Source: a virus (Duplodnaviria; Caudoviricetes). Taken from it: a stretch of DNA of 57,936 bases. A program made the position numbers and the translations under genes. The stretch spans positions 1-57,936 of the IMG/VR virus record IMGVR_UViG_3300025723_000043. One strand, written 5' to 3'. Shown here one piece after another: positions 1 through 7,741 of this stretch (its first letter is position 1; each line of letters opens with the position of its first letter). Below the pieces are notes generated by a model that searched no databases, was not told the origin of the DNA, and saw only the letters and a program-made list of their open reading frames with translations.

Positions 1-1069
1 TGCGATCAAAATAGCAATTAGGAAAGATTGTCCTTGCAGCGTTAATAGAGTCAACAATTGGCACTCTTTCCAATATTCTAGTCTTAAATCCTAAAGAACG
101 CACTATTTCTTCGATGCTCTTGCCATTTGATGCTAATGTCCTGTTTTGGGCATCGTGTGGCAACCACAATGTATCTATCATGTAGCCAAAGGTCTGCAAC
201 TTAGCCATGATCGCTGAAATTGTTTCTTGGCTTGTCTCATGGTATCTGATTAGCCTAGTCTCCATCCCAATGAACTGGACAAACCAAATGGCAGTTGCAT
301 CTGACCATCCAAGGTCAAAGACTGCATGAACTGGCTTAACAGGGTCATAGTTAACCTTGGCAATCCTGCCTTGCAACTCAGCCATTTGCAGCTCTTTGGC
401 AAAGATAGCACCATCTACAGTCTGTCTACAAACACCTTCCCAGACTGTTGCATAGGCTTCAGGATCACGAGCTTTAAGGGCATCCTTTTCTAGTCTTAAC
501 GTCTCAGGAAACCAAGGATTGTCTGACCAGTTAATCTTAACGACTTGGGCATCACTTGGGCTATGGATAATGAAACGCTGGTAAGTATTGTCTGATTCCA
601 ACTCTGGGTTAAAACTTACCCATATTTCAGACTGTTCTTTTCTAATGGTAGGAATCAATACATCCCATGACCTACCAGACACGCTTTGGCCTTCCTCAAC
701 CCAACAAATGTCTACACCCTCATAAGATTTAACATTTGCTACGTTGTTTTTTAGGCCAACAAAATTAAATTCTGAACCATTCTTACCCCTGATTGTTCTA
801 TCAGTAATTTCATAGAACTCAGTTAGTTCCATAGACGCAATCTGGTCACTCAGGAGCTTGTGTACTGAATCCTTGATCGAGGTTTGAAACTCACGAGCAC
901 AAAGAATGCGTAAAGGCTTAATAGCACCCTGAATCAACAAAGCTCTTGCAATCCCCCAAGACTTTGCACCACCTCGTCCACCCCAAAGCACTTTATACCT
1001 TGATGGCTTAAACAGGCATTCCAGCTTCTCAGGAAACTCTACCTTGTTAATGGCTTCTTGCAGATTCAA
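1..1069 (-). CDS. terL: Terminase large subunit, PBSX/XtmB type (3'-truncated by window edge)
   Basis: Not in ORF track. Manual translation from TTG at 1069 (GGAG upstream; alternative ATG at 1084): MNLQEAINKVEFPEKLECLFKPSRYKVLWGGRGGAKSWGIARALL...CAREFQTSIKDSV...CWVEEGQ; Walker A and B motifs of PBSX terminases. Confidence 0.93.
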   Translation of the reverse strand, partial: MNLQEAINKVEFPEKLECLFKPSRYKVLWGGRGGAKSWGIARALLIQGAIKPLRILCAREFQTSIKDSVHKLLSDQIASMELTEFYEITDRTIRGKNGSEFNFVGLKNNVANVKSYEGVDICWVEEGQSVSGRSWDVLIPTIRKEQSEIWVSFNPELESDNTYQRFIIHSPSDAQVVKINWSDNPWFPETLRLEKDALKARDPEAYATVWEGVCRQTVDGAIFAKELQMAELQGRIAKVNYDPVKPVHAVFDLGWSDATAIWFVQFIGMETRLIRYHETSQETISAIMAKLQTFGYMIDTLWLPHDAQNRTLASNGKSIEEIVRSLGFKTRILERVPIVDSINAARTIFPNCYFDR

Positions 1070-1152
1070 AGTTGGTGCTCCCATAAAGCAGGGTTGGACA
1101 GGACAACACTTCTATGAAACCCATCCAAGGGGCTAATCCTTTTCACCAACTT
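1069..1152 (-). ncRNA. Putative structured RNA element, copy 1 (spans terS stop and terL RBS)
   Basis: 9-bp closing stem AAGTTGGTG/CACCAACTT; hairpin AAGG-ATTAGCC-CCTT; AGTGTTG/CAACCCT stem; aligns with 10740-10824 with compensatory changes. Confidence 0.65.
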
Positions 1153-1552
1153 CGTTAGGCTTGACAAATGTCACCTGAATGCTTGGAATTAGTGGAGTTC
1201 CACCTTCACCAGTCAACTCAACCTTGCTATTGTCTCTGTACTTCTTGGGAAACCTTGCTGCCATGCTTCTAGACCAAATACTTGCATTTAACTTAGCAGC
1301 ATCTTTATGCTCAACCATGTACAACTGGCCTTGTTCTTCCCACCAATTCTGTTCAGCTATCTTAGCATCGTCCAAGGCATGCAGAAAGTCTGGATACTTG
1401 TCTTTCCAGTCGTAAATTACTCTTAACGAAACACCCAATTTGTAACTAATTTGTTCTATACTTTTGCCCAATGCGCCCAATTCCCTGACCTGATCGCAAT
1501 ATGCAGGGTCATAAAGAGTTGGTCTACCAAAGGGCTTTAAAGTATCAGACAT
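1133..1552 (-). CDS. terS: Terminase small subunit
   Basis: GRPTLYDP..C N-terminus, HTH, W...YPDF..A motif, C-terminal VELTGEGG; directly upstream of terL. Confidence 0.85.
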   Translation of the reverse strand: MSDTLKPFGRPTLYDPAYCDQVRELGALGKSIEQISYKLGVSLRVIYDWKDKYPDFLHALDDAKIAEQNWWEEQGQLYMVEHKDAAKLNASIWSRSMAARFPKKYRDNSKVELTGEGGTPLIPSIQVTFVKPNEVGEKD

Positions 1553-1725
1553 TATTGTTGTGCAGGTTGTTCAGCAGGTTGCTCTACTGGTTGTGCAGGT
1601 TTTGGTGCTTGGTCTTGAGCTTGGGCAATCATTTTGTTAAGCAGTTCAGTCATGTCTCTGATCTTGTGCTCTAAAGACTGGATGACCAAGTTAAGTTCTT
1701 GAGTTGAGTGTGTGAAGTTAAACAT
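1552..1725 (-). CDS. Hypothetical protein (57 aa, coiled coil plus Pro/Gln tail)
   Basis: Manual ORF MFNFTHSTQELNLVIQSLEHK...QPAQQ; fits tightly between its neighbours. Confidence 0.6.
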   Translation of the reverse strand: MFNFTHSTQELNLVIQSLEHKIRDMTELLNKMIAQAQDQAPKPAQPVEQPAEQPAQQ

Positions 1726-1881
1726 TTACTTTCCTTTTTTCATTGGTTTAGATTTCTTTCCAGCTTCACGCTTTTCTGAATACGCAATCGCCACAGCTTG
1801 CTTTACAGGCTTACCTGCTGCAACTTCTGTTTTGATGTTTTTTTTAAATGCTTCTGGTTTAGTTGATTTGATAAGTGGCAT
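1726..1881 (-). CDS. Small basic phage protein (KQAVAIAY motif, 51 aa)
   Basis: Manual ORF MPLIKSTKPEAFKKNIKTEVAAGKPVKQAVAIAYSEKREA; common small phage protein near packaging genes. Confidence 0.7.
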   Translation of the reverse strand: MPLIKSTKPEAFKKNIKTEVAAGKPVKQAVAIAYSEKREAGKKSKPMKKGK

Positions 1882-1883
1882 GA

Positions 1884-2156
1884 TTAACAGTTCCAGTTCT
1901 TTAGTGATGCTTTAGCCCTTTCTGCAGGGCCTTTAGCGTTTTTGACAACCCCTTCCATCCGAGCACAGAAACTCGCCTTCCTACCTTCATCCTTCTTTGT
2001 CTTTGGGTTAGGAGCTGGTGCTTTTAAATGGCTACCATTCTTTGCATTGTATTCAGCACGACCCTTTGCAGTCATACCAGCACCCTTTTCTGTAGGGTTA
2101 TAGGTCTTGCCTTTGCCAGTAGTCTTGTGTTCAATGGGTTTGTCGTGCTTTTTCAT
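1884..2156 (-). CDS. DUF6321-like basic protein
   Basis: GAGMTAKGRAEYN...LKAP...RKASFCARM...SLKNWNC; homologous to the C-terminus of 36891-37412. Confidence 0.7.
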   Translation of the reverse strand: MKKHDKPIEHKTTGKGKTYNPTEKGAGMTAKGRAEYNAKNGSHLKAPAPNPKTKKDEGRKASFCARMEGVVKNAKGPAERAKASLKNWNC

Positions 2157-2431
2157 TCGATTTCCTCTACAAAACAAACATCTTTCCAGCTCATTACCAA
2201 TAATCTTTGGTCATTGTCCTTGAATTCTTGGTATTTCAGGTATTCGTCTTTGTAATCCTTGGCTAATGTACCAAAGTAAACCTTGTCACCAATGTTAAGG
2301 CCTTCTTCTGCTGCCTCATCACCTACTGCGACAATAAATCCACAAGTGTCTGCTTCTGCACTTTGAATGTATAACGTGCTCTGAAATCTTGATTCAGGCC
2401 TGACAAATATCTTGTCTCTTAATGGTTTCAT
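2153..2431 (-). CDS. groES: Co-chaperonin GroES-like protein
   Basis: MKPLRDKIFVRP...GFIVAVGD...LNIGDKVYFG...LLVMSWKDV matches the Cpn10 pattern. Confidence 0.75.
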   Translation of the reverse strand: MKPLRDKIFVRPESRFQSTLYIQSAEADTCGFIVAVGDEAAEEGLNIGDKVYFGTLAKDYKDEYLKYQEFKDNDQRLLVMSWKDVCFVEEIE

Positions 2432-2673
2432 TTCTTGGGCCTCCCTCTACGTTTTGGAGGGTCTTCAAGAACTGGTAATTCTAAGAGCTGCCTTTCCATG
2501 TGCGAAAAAACACCTGACTCACCAGAATCAGGTAAAGGCTTGGCAACTGCTTTCTGTGCAAATTCTCCACAGACCTCATTTTCATGTCTCATTTGGTAAA
2601 CAGGATACCTCCTGCAAACTCCCAAATCTTTGCCATGAAAATGCTTGCATGACTTACAATCATTTCCAGCCAT
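2428..2673 (-). CDS. Hypothetical Cys-rich protein with C-terminal AT-hook-like KRRGRPKK
   Basis: CKSCKHF...CRRYP...CGEF; ATGA coupling to the next gene. Confidence 0.7.
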   Translation of the reverse strand: MAGNDCKSCKHFHGKDLGVCRRYPVYQMRHENEVCGEFAQKAVAKPLPDSGESGVFSHMERQLLELPVLEDPPKRRGRPKK

Positions 2674-2700
2674 TAAAGTACCCTCTTACTTTCTTGGTTA

Positions 2701-2737
2701 GAAGCCCATCTAGGTATGCTCACTTAGATGGGTTTCG
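2701..2737 (-). terminator. Long intergenic hairpin (terminator or processing site)
   Basis: GAAGCCCATCTAGGT-ATGCTC-ACTTAGATGGGTTTC just after the stop of the upstream gene; U-tract weak. Confidence 0.5.
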
Positions 2738-2739
2738 CT

Positions 2740-3078
2740 TTACATACCATCTTGGTCGTGGTCGTAACGCTTGTGCTCGTAAACAACGTGCTCTCTTGAG
2801 CCTGTGTTCATTTCACCCAAACGTCCATCGTGATGGCCCATGTGACCAGCGTCACGCTCGCCAATACCATCAGCCTTACCCATGCCAACACCACCCATGA
2901 TGGGTCTTTTTCTTTCACCAGATGTGTCTGAAGACAAAGCACCCTTTGGCACTCTCTCACCAGTCATACCTGTTTTAAACACTTCTTTGTCTTCCATAGG
3001 AACGCTTACCTTCTTCATGCCTGTGCGATCAGAAGATGTAACTCCCTTTGGCTCTTTCTCCATTTTTGGATAACCCAT
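2740..3078 (-). CDS. Hypothetical hydrophilic protein
   Basis: ATG at 3078 with AAAGGA RBS; internal repeat PKG..SSD.[TS]G. Confidence 0.65.
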   Translation of the reverse strand: MGYPKMEKEPKGVTSSDRTGMKKVSVPMEDKEVFKTGMTGERVPKGALSSDTSGERKRPIMGGVGMGKADGIGERDAGHMGHHDGRLGEMNTGSREHVVYEHKRYDHDQDGM

Positions 3079-3162
3079 GATAAATCCTTTGTTTCTTTGC
3101 AAAAAACACTACTTTTTGTAGCCATTCCACTATATCACAATTTAGATTTGTCAACTACTTTT

Positions 3163-3486
3163 TTAAGCAGCCCTCATCACATACTGAGGCTTACCAGCTC
3201 TACCATCCCTTTTTTCGTCAGTTGTATAGATTAACTTCTTGCGTTTTAAGGCAGCATAACGAGCTGTAACTGACCCATAAGGCAGGTTATGGAGTTGGGC
3301 AAGCACTTGGTCTGATATACACCCCTCAGGATGGCTTCTAATGACCTCATAAACGATTCTTTCAAGGGTTTGGGTATCTACCTTCTCTGCTGCCTCTTTG
3401 GACGTTTCTGGGGCTTCTTTTCTCACCAAAAACTTAGGCAAAGTGCCAAAACTAGGTAAGTTCATCATGTTAAATAAATCGCTCAT
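3163..3486 (-). CDS. Winged-helix DNA-binding protein (putative)
   Basis: PETSKEAAE...SVTARYAALKRKKLI...RDGRAGKPQYV pattern of small phage wHTH proteins. Confidence 0.6.
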   Translation of the reverse strand: MSDLFNMMNLPSFGTLPKFLVRKEAPETSKEAAEKVDTQTLERIVYEVIRSHPEGCISDQVLAQLHNLPYGSVTARYAALKRKKLIYTTDEKRDGRAGKPQYVMRAA

Positions 3487-3713
3487 GTGTTTTTCTCCTT
3501 CAGTTTGGCTTCAATTGCTCTGCCTACATCAAAAATGTTTACGCTTCCTCTAACCCCTCCTTTAGGGTCAACAACTTTAAGATTGCAACATTCCTCAAAA
3601 CATTCATGGATTTCATCTTCAGTCAGTCCTACCCATTCACGTTTTGGCAAGTCATATTTACGAGATTCGTAAACCATTTTGTCGGAATCTGTTGGATGTG
3701 GTTTAAGTGGCAT
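3483..3713 (-). CDS. Hypothetical protein, WVGLT.DE...LKEKN cassette family
   Basis: REWVGLTEDEI...IEAKLKEKNT. Confidence 0.7.
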   Translation of the reverse strand: MPLKPHPTDSDKMVYESRKYDLPKREWVGLTEDEIHECFEECCNLKVVDPKGGVRGSVNIFDVGRAIEAKLKEKNT

Positions 3714-4140
3714 TGTTTTTCTCCTTTAGTTTAGTTTCTGCCATTCGATACAAATCAAGCCAGCTTTTTCCAGTCATCGTTGTAAAACGTCCAAAAAGCT
3801 CAAAGACTTCAGCATCTGTCAGAACCACCCATATGCGTTGTGGTGTGGTGTAAAGTGGAATAATAGGTTCATCGCCTTTTTCTTTAATTTTTTTAGCAAG
3901 ATTTTCATCTTTAGTAATTAAATATTTATTTTCTGTCATCCATGCAACAGGCTCATCCTTCGTTTCTAGTTGTTCTTTATAAGTAGATTTAGATGCCATG
4001 CTTTGCGCATCAATAGCAAGACGTAGTGCAGTAATGGCTTTGTCGTAACGATTACATTGCGCTTCATCTTTCAATGGCAAATAAGGTATAAAACCTTCCA
4101 ACGCATCAAGCGCCAGTTTCAATGTTTCATCTTTAGTCAT
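3703..4140 (-). CDS. Hypothetical protein, WVGLT cassette family (homolog of 56775-57185)
   Basis: Start at MTKDETLK (4140), supported by the homologous copy; N-terminal ~65 aa near-identical to 56775-57185. Confidence 0.75.
   Translation of the reverse strand: MTKDETLKLALDALEGFIPYLPLKDEAQCNRYDKAITALRLAIDAQSMASKSTYKEQLETKDEPVAWMTENKYLITKDENLAKKIKEKGDEPIIPLYTTPQRIWVVLTDAEVFELFGRFTTMTGKSWLDLYRMAETKLKEKNNAT
3947..4140. repeat. Dispersed direct repeat of 56992-57185
   Basis: 194 nt, about 6 mismatches by manual alignment. Confidence 0.95.
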
Positions 4141-4141
4141 G

Positions 4142-4489
4142 TCAACCCCCTGGCATATTAGGCATGCAGTCAATAGGATGTCTTGGCATTGAGTCAAGAT
4201 TCGTGGAACCGTCGTACTGAGTCACCCATATACAGCGCTGGTTTGTCCATATGTAAGTTGCATTGCACTCAGGCGCCCCGTATCCCCCATCGAAAGACCA
4301 GCCGTCCATCAGTGGCTTGGCTTCTTCAATCGACATCAGCTTGCCTTGGTGCTCTTGCTGAACCTTGTGGTCTTCCTCTTCTCCATATCCACCCCAACCG
4401 TACTCACCAAAAACAATTCCCTCTACGACTTCACCATCCTCTAAGAAGTCCATCAGTTCCTTGTATGCGTTTAAAGGTTCATTATTCAT
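4142..4489 (-). CDS. Hypothetical protein (FDGGYG...Y.WT...V.QYDG family)
   Basis: ORF track; absent at the equivalent junction in phage B. Confidence 0.75.
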   Translation of the reverse strand: MNNEPLNAYKELMDFLEDGEVVEGIVFGEYGWGGYGEEEDHKVQQEHQGKLMSIEEAKPLMDGWSFDGGYGAPECNATYIWTNQRCIWVTQYDGSTNLDSMPRHPIDCMPNMPGG

Positions 4490-4652
4490 CTTTATCACCT
4501 TCTTTCATTGCTCCAAACATATGGTTTAAAGCGTAAATTTTTTTTATGTTTTCTACTTGTTGTTGATGTAAAAAAGTTGATGCTTCTCCTAACGCTTTGT
4601 TTGCACCATATAACTCAATAAGTTCATCTTGAATTTCTTCTTTGGTTTTCAT
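4482..4652 (-). CDS. Hypothetical coiled-coil protein (homolog of 57178-57348)
   Basis: MKTKEEIQDELIELYGANKALGEAST; same length as the second copy. Confidence 0.7.
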   Translation of the reverse strand: MKTKEEIQDELIELYGANKALGEASTFLHQQQVENIKKIYALNHMFGAMKEGDKDE

Positions 4653-4771
4653 TGTTGCACCCATTCTTCTTTGTCAATCCATGCATCTAACATAGCATGG
4701 AGATTAGCTCTGTTTCGTTCACCAACTGTTTGACCATTGCCTGTTTTTACTTTATCTGTAAACAATGATCC
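4649..4771. repeat. Direct repeat of window end 57814-57936
   Basis: 123 nt with one mismatch (4694 a / 57859 g); 4695-4771 identical to the final 77 nt. Confidence 0.97.
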
Positions 4772-4882
4772 AAACCCAGTTTCAGTTGAAAATTGAATTT
4801 GATCGTCTGATGTTTTAACAACAACAAAAGCAGTTTTTGCTATTGATCCAAAGCCATTCATTAAAACTATTTCTTTAGTCAT
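4649..4882 (-). CDS. Hypothetical protein shared by both phages (junction gene)
   Basis: ORF track; its 3' part is repeated at the window end. Confidence 0.7.
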   Translation of the reverse strand: MTKEIVLMNGFGSIAKTAFVVVKTSDDQIQFSTETGFGSLFTDKVKTGNGQTVGERNRANLHAMLDAWIDKEEWVQQ

Positions 4883-5121
4883 TCTTGCCCCCTTTTTCGT
4901 ATTTGTTCAGCAATAGTTTTTGATGGGTGAGGATAAGAAACCGACCATAAATCTGCAATCTGGGCGCATTCCCCACGCTCTGCTAGTACACCAGCGTCAT
5001 ACCCATATCCCCAACCCATCTCTATCAAGGCAAGTTCATCTTTTGAGTATGCTTTCTTGCGTGGCTCTCTTATTTCAAGAAATCGACCTTTGACCCATTG
5101 TTTAAATGTTGTATAAATCAT
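4879..5121 (-). CDS. Hypothetical protein, ER.ECA..AD...IR.RGQE cassette family
   Basis: AERGECAQIAD...IRKRGQE; ATGA coupling. Confidence 0.7.
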   Translation of the reverse strand: MIYTTFKQWVKGRFLEIREPRKKAYSKDELALIEMGWGYGYDAGVLAERGECAQIADLWSVSYPHPSKTIAEQIRKRGQE

Positions 5122-5378
5122 TCTTGTTTCCTTGCTCGGATTTTGTCCGCAATGATTTCAGAGTAATTACGCTCTAACCCATCTGCATATGAGTCAGCAA
5201 TCTTTGCACATTCCTCACGTTCTTTTAATATTGCTACTTCGATTTGTAGCTCAGCATTTTTTAACATCATTTGCCTACCGTTTTCCATCAAATAATTAGC
5301 CAAATACAAGACATCTTCTTTTTTGTATGGCGTAGTTAATATTTGATCTGCAACATTAAATAGTTCTTCTTTAGTCAT
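5118..5378 (-). CDS. Hypothetical protein, EREECA..AD...IRAR cassette family
   Basis: KEREECAKIAD...IRARKQE. Confidence 0.7.
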   Translation of the reverse strand: MTKEELFNVADQILTTPYKKEDVLYLANYLMENGRQMMLKNAELQIEVAILKEREECAKIADSYADGLERNYSEIIADKIRARKQE

Positions 5379-5472
5379 GATTTAGTACCGAGTAAATAAG
5401 CCAAATGATCAACAGCATCCCTACTGTTGAACATACAGCACATAAAAGTGCAATAAATACTAAGATAGTCAT
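5371..5472 (-). CDS. Small single-TM protein (33 aa)
   Basis: Manual ORF MTILVFIALLCAVCSTVGMLLIIWLIYSVLNHD, overlapping both neighbours. Confidence 0.45.
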   Translation of the reverse strand: MTILVFIALLCAVCSTVGMLLIIWLIYSVLNHD

Positions 5473-5669
5473 TAGTCTACAAACTCATCAGGAAGTAGGC
5501 CTAAACGGTCATCATTGGCCTCCAGTTCGTTTTTTTCGTTGTACTGGTACCCAAGGTAGGCTAGAAGCTCAGAAAGGTCTCTGCCAGTCCTCTTGGCAAA
5601 CCCATCGATTGCGTGAGCCATGAACATCTCGCCTGCATCAAATCCATCGTCATATTCTGTGCTAATCAT
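5472..5669 (-). CDS. Hypothetical protein
   Basis: ORF track; AGGGG RBS; downstream of the promoter at 5690-5719. Confidence 0.65.
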   Translation of the reverse strand: MISTEYDDGFDAGEMFMAHAIDGFAKRTGRDLSELLAYLGYQYNEKNELEANDDRLGLLPDEFVD

Positions 5670-5689
5670 TTTGTTTCCCCTTTTTCTGT

Positions 5690-5719
5690 ATCTTAACTTC
5701 TAGTTAATGGTATTGTCAA
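5690..5719 (-). promoter_or_regulatory. Sigma70-like promoter with overlapping TTAACT-N3-AGTTAA palindrome
   Basis: TTGACA-18 nt-TAAGAT on the - strand; palindrome at 5693-5707. Confidence 0.7.
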
Positions 5720-6584
5720 CGGTAGGGTCAATTAACTTCATCCCATAGTTATTTACCCCTTGCTCAATAACAACGCCCTCTTTTTTGATGAACTGGTTTT
5801 TCTTGAATCTTCTGTAGTCCACATAATGGTGCCATCTGTTGAACTTCCACACTACCTTGGCACAGTCAGGGTGTAAGTCAGCAATCATCTGGGACTTAGG
5901 CAAAGTTCCTTCCTTAGCATAGAACTCTTCAGTGTTTCCACCCTTCAGGGTCTGGGTTTGAGCTTTCTCTTGGATGAAGGCATTGAACTGGACAGTGCAG
6001 TGACCGTCTTTTAGGACGCACAGGGACAAATCTGTGTCCTCGTTGTACCTACCCCTCCACCTGTATGGAATATCGTTCTGGATGAGCAAACAAGAGTAAA
6101 TACGGGTATTTCTGATAAAGGGTGGGTGGAGTTCCTTTGACTGAACAAAAAAGTCATAGTTAAAGCCTGAGATGTAGATGTTCTTGTACCTGTCCACAAA
6201 GTCCTCAGCGCACCTAAAAATGGTTGGAGTTGATACCCTGACCATGAGGTTCCTGTTGAGCCTTTGGAAGCTAGCGATGTTGTCATCCATGACCCAGTGC
6301 CTTTCAGCTCCTAGACTGATGCTGTGGTCCCATGCGAAGTTGCGAGCTGGGCCGGGGCCCTTGGACTTCTCATCCCCCAACTCATCACAAGTGTCGTAGC
6401 TCTCCTGATAGGACGTTGGTAGAACAAGTATCTTGTGTTTTGCAATTACGCTTGCATAGTCCTCATACTCTTGGTTCTCCACAATGATGTAGTAGGGCTG
6501 GCCCATCGCTTCCAGTGCCTTTGACGTCAACCTCGAATCAGCCCTACCCTTAGACACAATGTAAATGGGGTACTTATTCTTCAT
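5700..6584 (-). CDS. TET-associated glycosyltransferase-like (TAGT/GREB1-related, GT-A fold)
   Basis: YPIYIVSKGR, V...EY..Y, GPGPARNF.W, HWVMDDNI (DxD-like), NEDTDLSL, KGGNT motifs. Confidence 0.75.
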   Translation of the reverse strand: MKNKYPIYIVSKGRADSRLTSKALEAMGQPYYIIVENQEYEDYASVIAKHKILVLPTSYQESYDTCDELGDEKSKGPGPARNFAWDHSISLGAERHWVMDDNIASFQRLNRNLMVRVSTPTIFRCAEDFVDRYKNIYISGFNYDFFVQSKELHPPFIRNTRIYSCLLIQNDIPYRWRGRYNEDTDLSLCVLKDGHCTVQFNAFIQEKAQTQTLKGGNTEEFYAKEGTLPKSQMIADLHPDCAKVVWKFNRWHHYVDYRRFKKNQFIKKEGVVIEQGVNNYGMKLIDPTVDNTIN

Positions 6585-6810
6585 CAACGTACCTCAAATG
6601 TGCCCTCAGCCTTGGCTCTGCATAGGGGAACCAAATGGTCTTTTGCTTCTCAGTTATCTTCTGGCCCATCAGCTCCTCGAACTTAGCTACGTCCTCATCG
6701 TTTCTGAACCTGACGTAGATCACCCTGTGAGGGCTGAGGTCCTCTTGGACGAACTCAGGCATCCCCTGCCATTCGTCCTCTTCCATGTCAAACAGTTGTG
6801 GTTGTTTCAT
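6574..6810 (-). CDS. Small protein typically adjacent to TAGT-like genes
   Basis: EWQGMPEFVQE...VRFRN.ED...F..L.GQKIT.K.K.IWFP; overlaps the glycosyltransferase start. Confidence 0.65.
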   Translation of the reverse strand: MKQPQLFDMEEDEWQGMPEFVQEDLSPHRVIYVRFRNDEDVAKFEELMGQKITEKQKTIWFPYAEPRLRAHLRYVDEE

Positions 6811-6992
6811 ACTACCTCTTGAGACAAAATCTTCTGCAGGCCCTGCAACAACTGCTCTGCCTCTTCACGAGTGAATGTTGTGTACATTGATGCAGTGTCA
6901 CCCTGAAGATTAAGCCAGAGTCCTCCATCAAAATCGTCAATTGATACTCTGACGTTTCTTTGGTTATAAATAATTGTTTGTAAGCCTTCCAT
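6807..6992 (-). CDS. Hypothetical protein
   Basis: ORF track; AGGAG RBS; ATGA coupling. Confidence 0.65.
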   Translation of the reverse strand: MEGLQTIIYNQRNVRVSIDDFDGGLWLNLQGDTASMYTTFTREEAEQLLQGLQKILSQEVV

Positions 6993-7002
6993 GTTGTTCT
7001 CC

Positions 7003-7326
7003 TTAATCTGCTCTTGAACTCATATGGCAGTCAATGCCATGGCTATTTAATACCTCAGCAAAGGCTCTAGCACCAGCTTCCTTGATATCCATGGACTGGG
7101 TGCCATTGTTTGCTGGGTTCCAAATCTGCCAACCCTTGTTCCAGTGCTTACTGCCAACGTTGTTCTTTTTGCACCAATTGACGAAGGGAGTGCGTGCACT
7201 TGGGAAGTCAATCCATGCAAAGCCACAGTACCATGGCTCGCCATACTTCTCAAAATATTCTTGTTCTGCTTTTTTTGCTGATGCGAGGGCTTGTTCGTAA
7301 ATTGCTTTGTAGTCTACTGTTTTCAT
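7003..7326 (-). CDS. Conserved hypothetical phage protein (CGFAW motif)
   Basis: CGFAWI...QSMDIKEAGARAFAEVL...SRAD; AAAGGA RBS. Confidence 0.75.
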   Translation of the reverse strand: MKTVDYKAIYEQALASAKKAEQEYFEKYGEPWYCGFAWIDFPSARTPFVNWCKKNNVGSKHWNKGWQIWNPANNGTQSMDIKEAGARAFAEVLNSHGIDCHMSSRAD

Positions 7327-7340
7327 GGTTTTTCCTTTAC

Positions 7341-7354
7341 GCCCCCGAAGGGGC
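7341..7354 (-). promoter_or_regulatory. UUCG-tetraloop hairpin just upstream of an RBS
   Basis: GCCCC-TTCG-GGGGC on the - strand, followed by GTAAAGGA rather than a U-tract. Confidence 0.55.
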
Positions 7355-7361
7355 TATCAAA

Positions 7362-7655
7362 TTAACGTGATGTAACTTTTACTGAGAACACTGCTGTGAC
7401 CTTGGTGTTGTCAATGATCACTTCATCAGGGATGTTGTAAATTTCTGCAATCGCTTTCCAGTCTGTAACTTTGCGATTGGCTTCGATGTATGTGGCCTTG
7501 AAGAAGTCACCTTCTACAACTTTAGGGCCACCAGCAGATGCTGTGTCTTTAATGCTGTCTTTGATTGCGTCAGCTCTTTTGGTCAACTCTGCAATCTGTG
7601 CGAGTAACTCGCCAAGTGTGTCAACTGCGCTAAGGGTAAGATCGTTTGCGTTCAT
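7362..7655 (-). CDS. Hypothetical early protein (N-terminal coiled coil)
   Basis: ORF track; AAAGGA RBS; follows the promoter/operator at 7700-7717. Confidence 0.75.
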   Translation of the reverse strand: MNANDLTLSAVDTLGELLAQIAELTKRADAIKDSIKDTASAGGPKVVEGDFFKATYIEANRKVTDWKAIAEIYNIPDEVIIDNTKVTAVFSVKVTSR

Positions 7656-7699
7656 GATTTAATTTCCTTTTCAAATAACACTGGACATCCAGTACCTCT

Positions 7700-7741
7700 A
7701 CTTTAACTGAAAGTTAATGATAAACACTAGGGCAAACCCTT
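7700..7741 (-). promoter_or_regulatory. Putative promoter/operator: TTAACT-GAA-AGTTAA overlapping a TAAAGT -10; AGGG-N5-CCCT palindrome upstream
   Basis: Same palindrome and same register relative to the -10 as at 5693-5707. Confidence 0.55.

Larger units (their letters stand above)
1..4694. mobile_element. Fragment of phage A (terminase region plus accessory cassettes)
   Basis: Has its own terS/terL pair and GroES, duplicating functions found later in the window; GCWGC is common here but nearly absent in the rest; joins phage B inside a shared gene. Confidence 0.75.

Noticed and set aside
3129-3154. Canonical TTGACA/TATAGT promoter in phage A
   Set aside because: The spacer is only 14 nt; an extended -10 may still work but I cannot support it.
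3947-4140. Near-identical repeat pair (with 56992-57185) as a DGR template/variable repeat
   Set aside because: No reverse transcriptase seen, mismatches are not adenine-specific, and both copies are 5' gene ends in what appear to be different phages.
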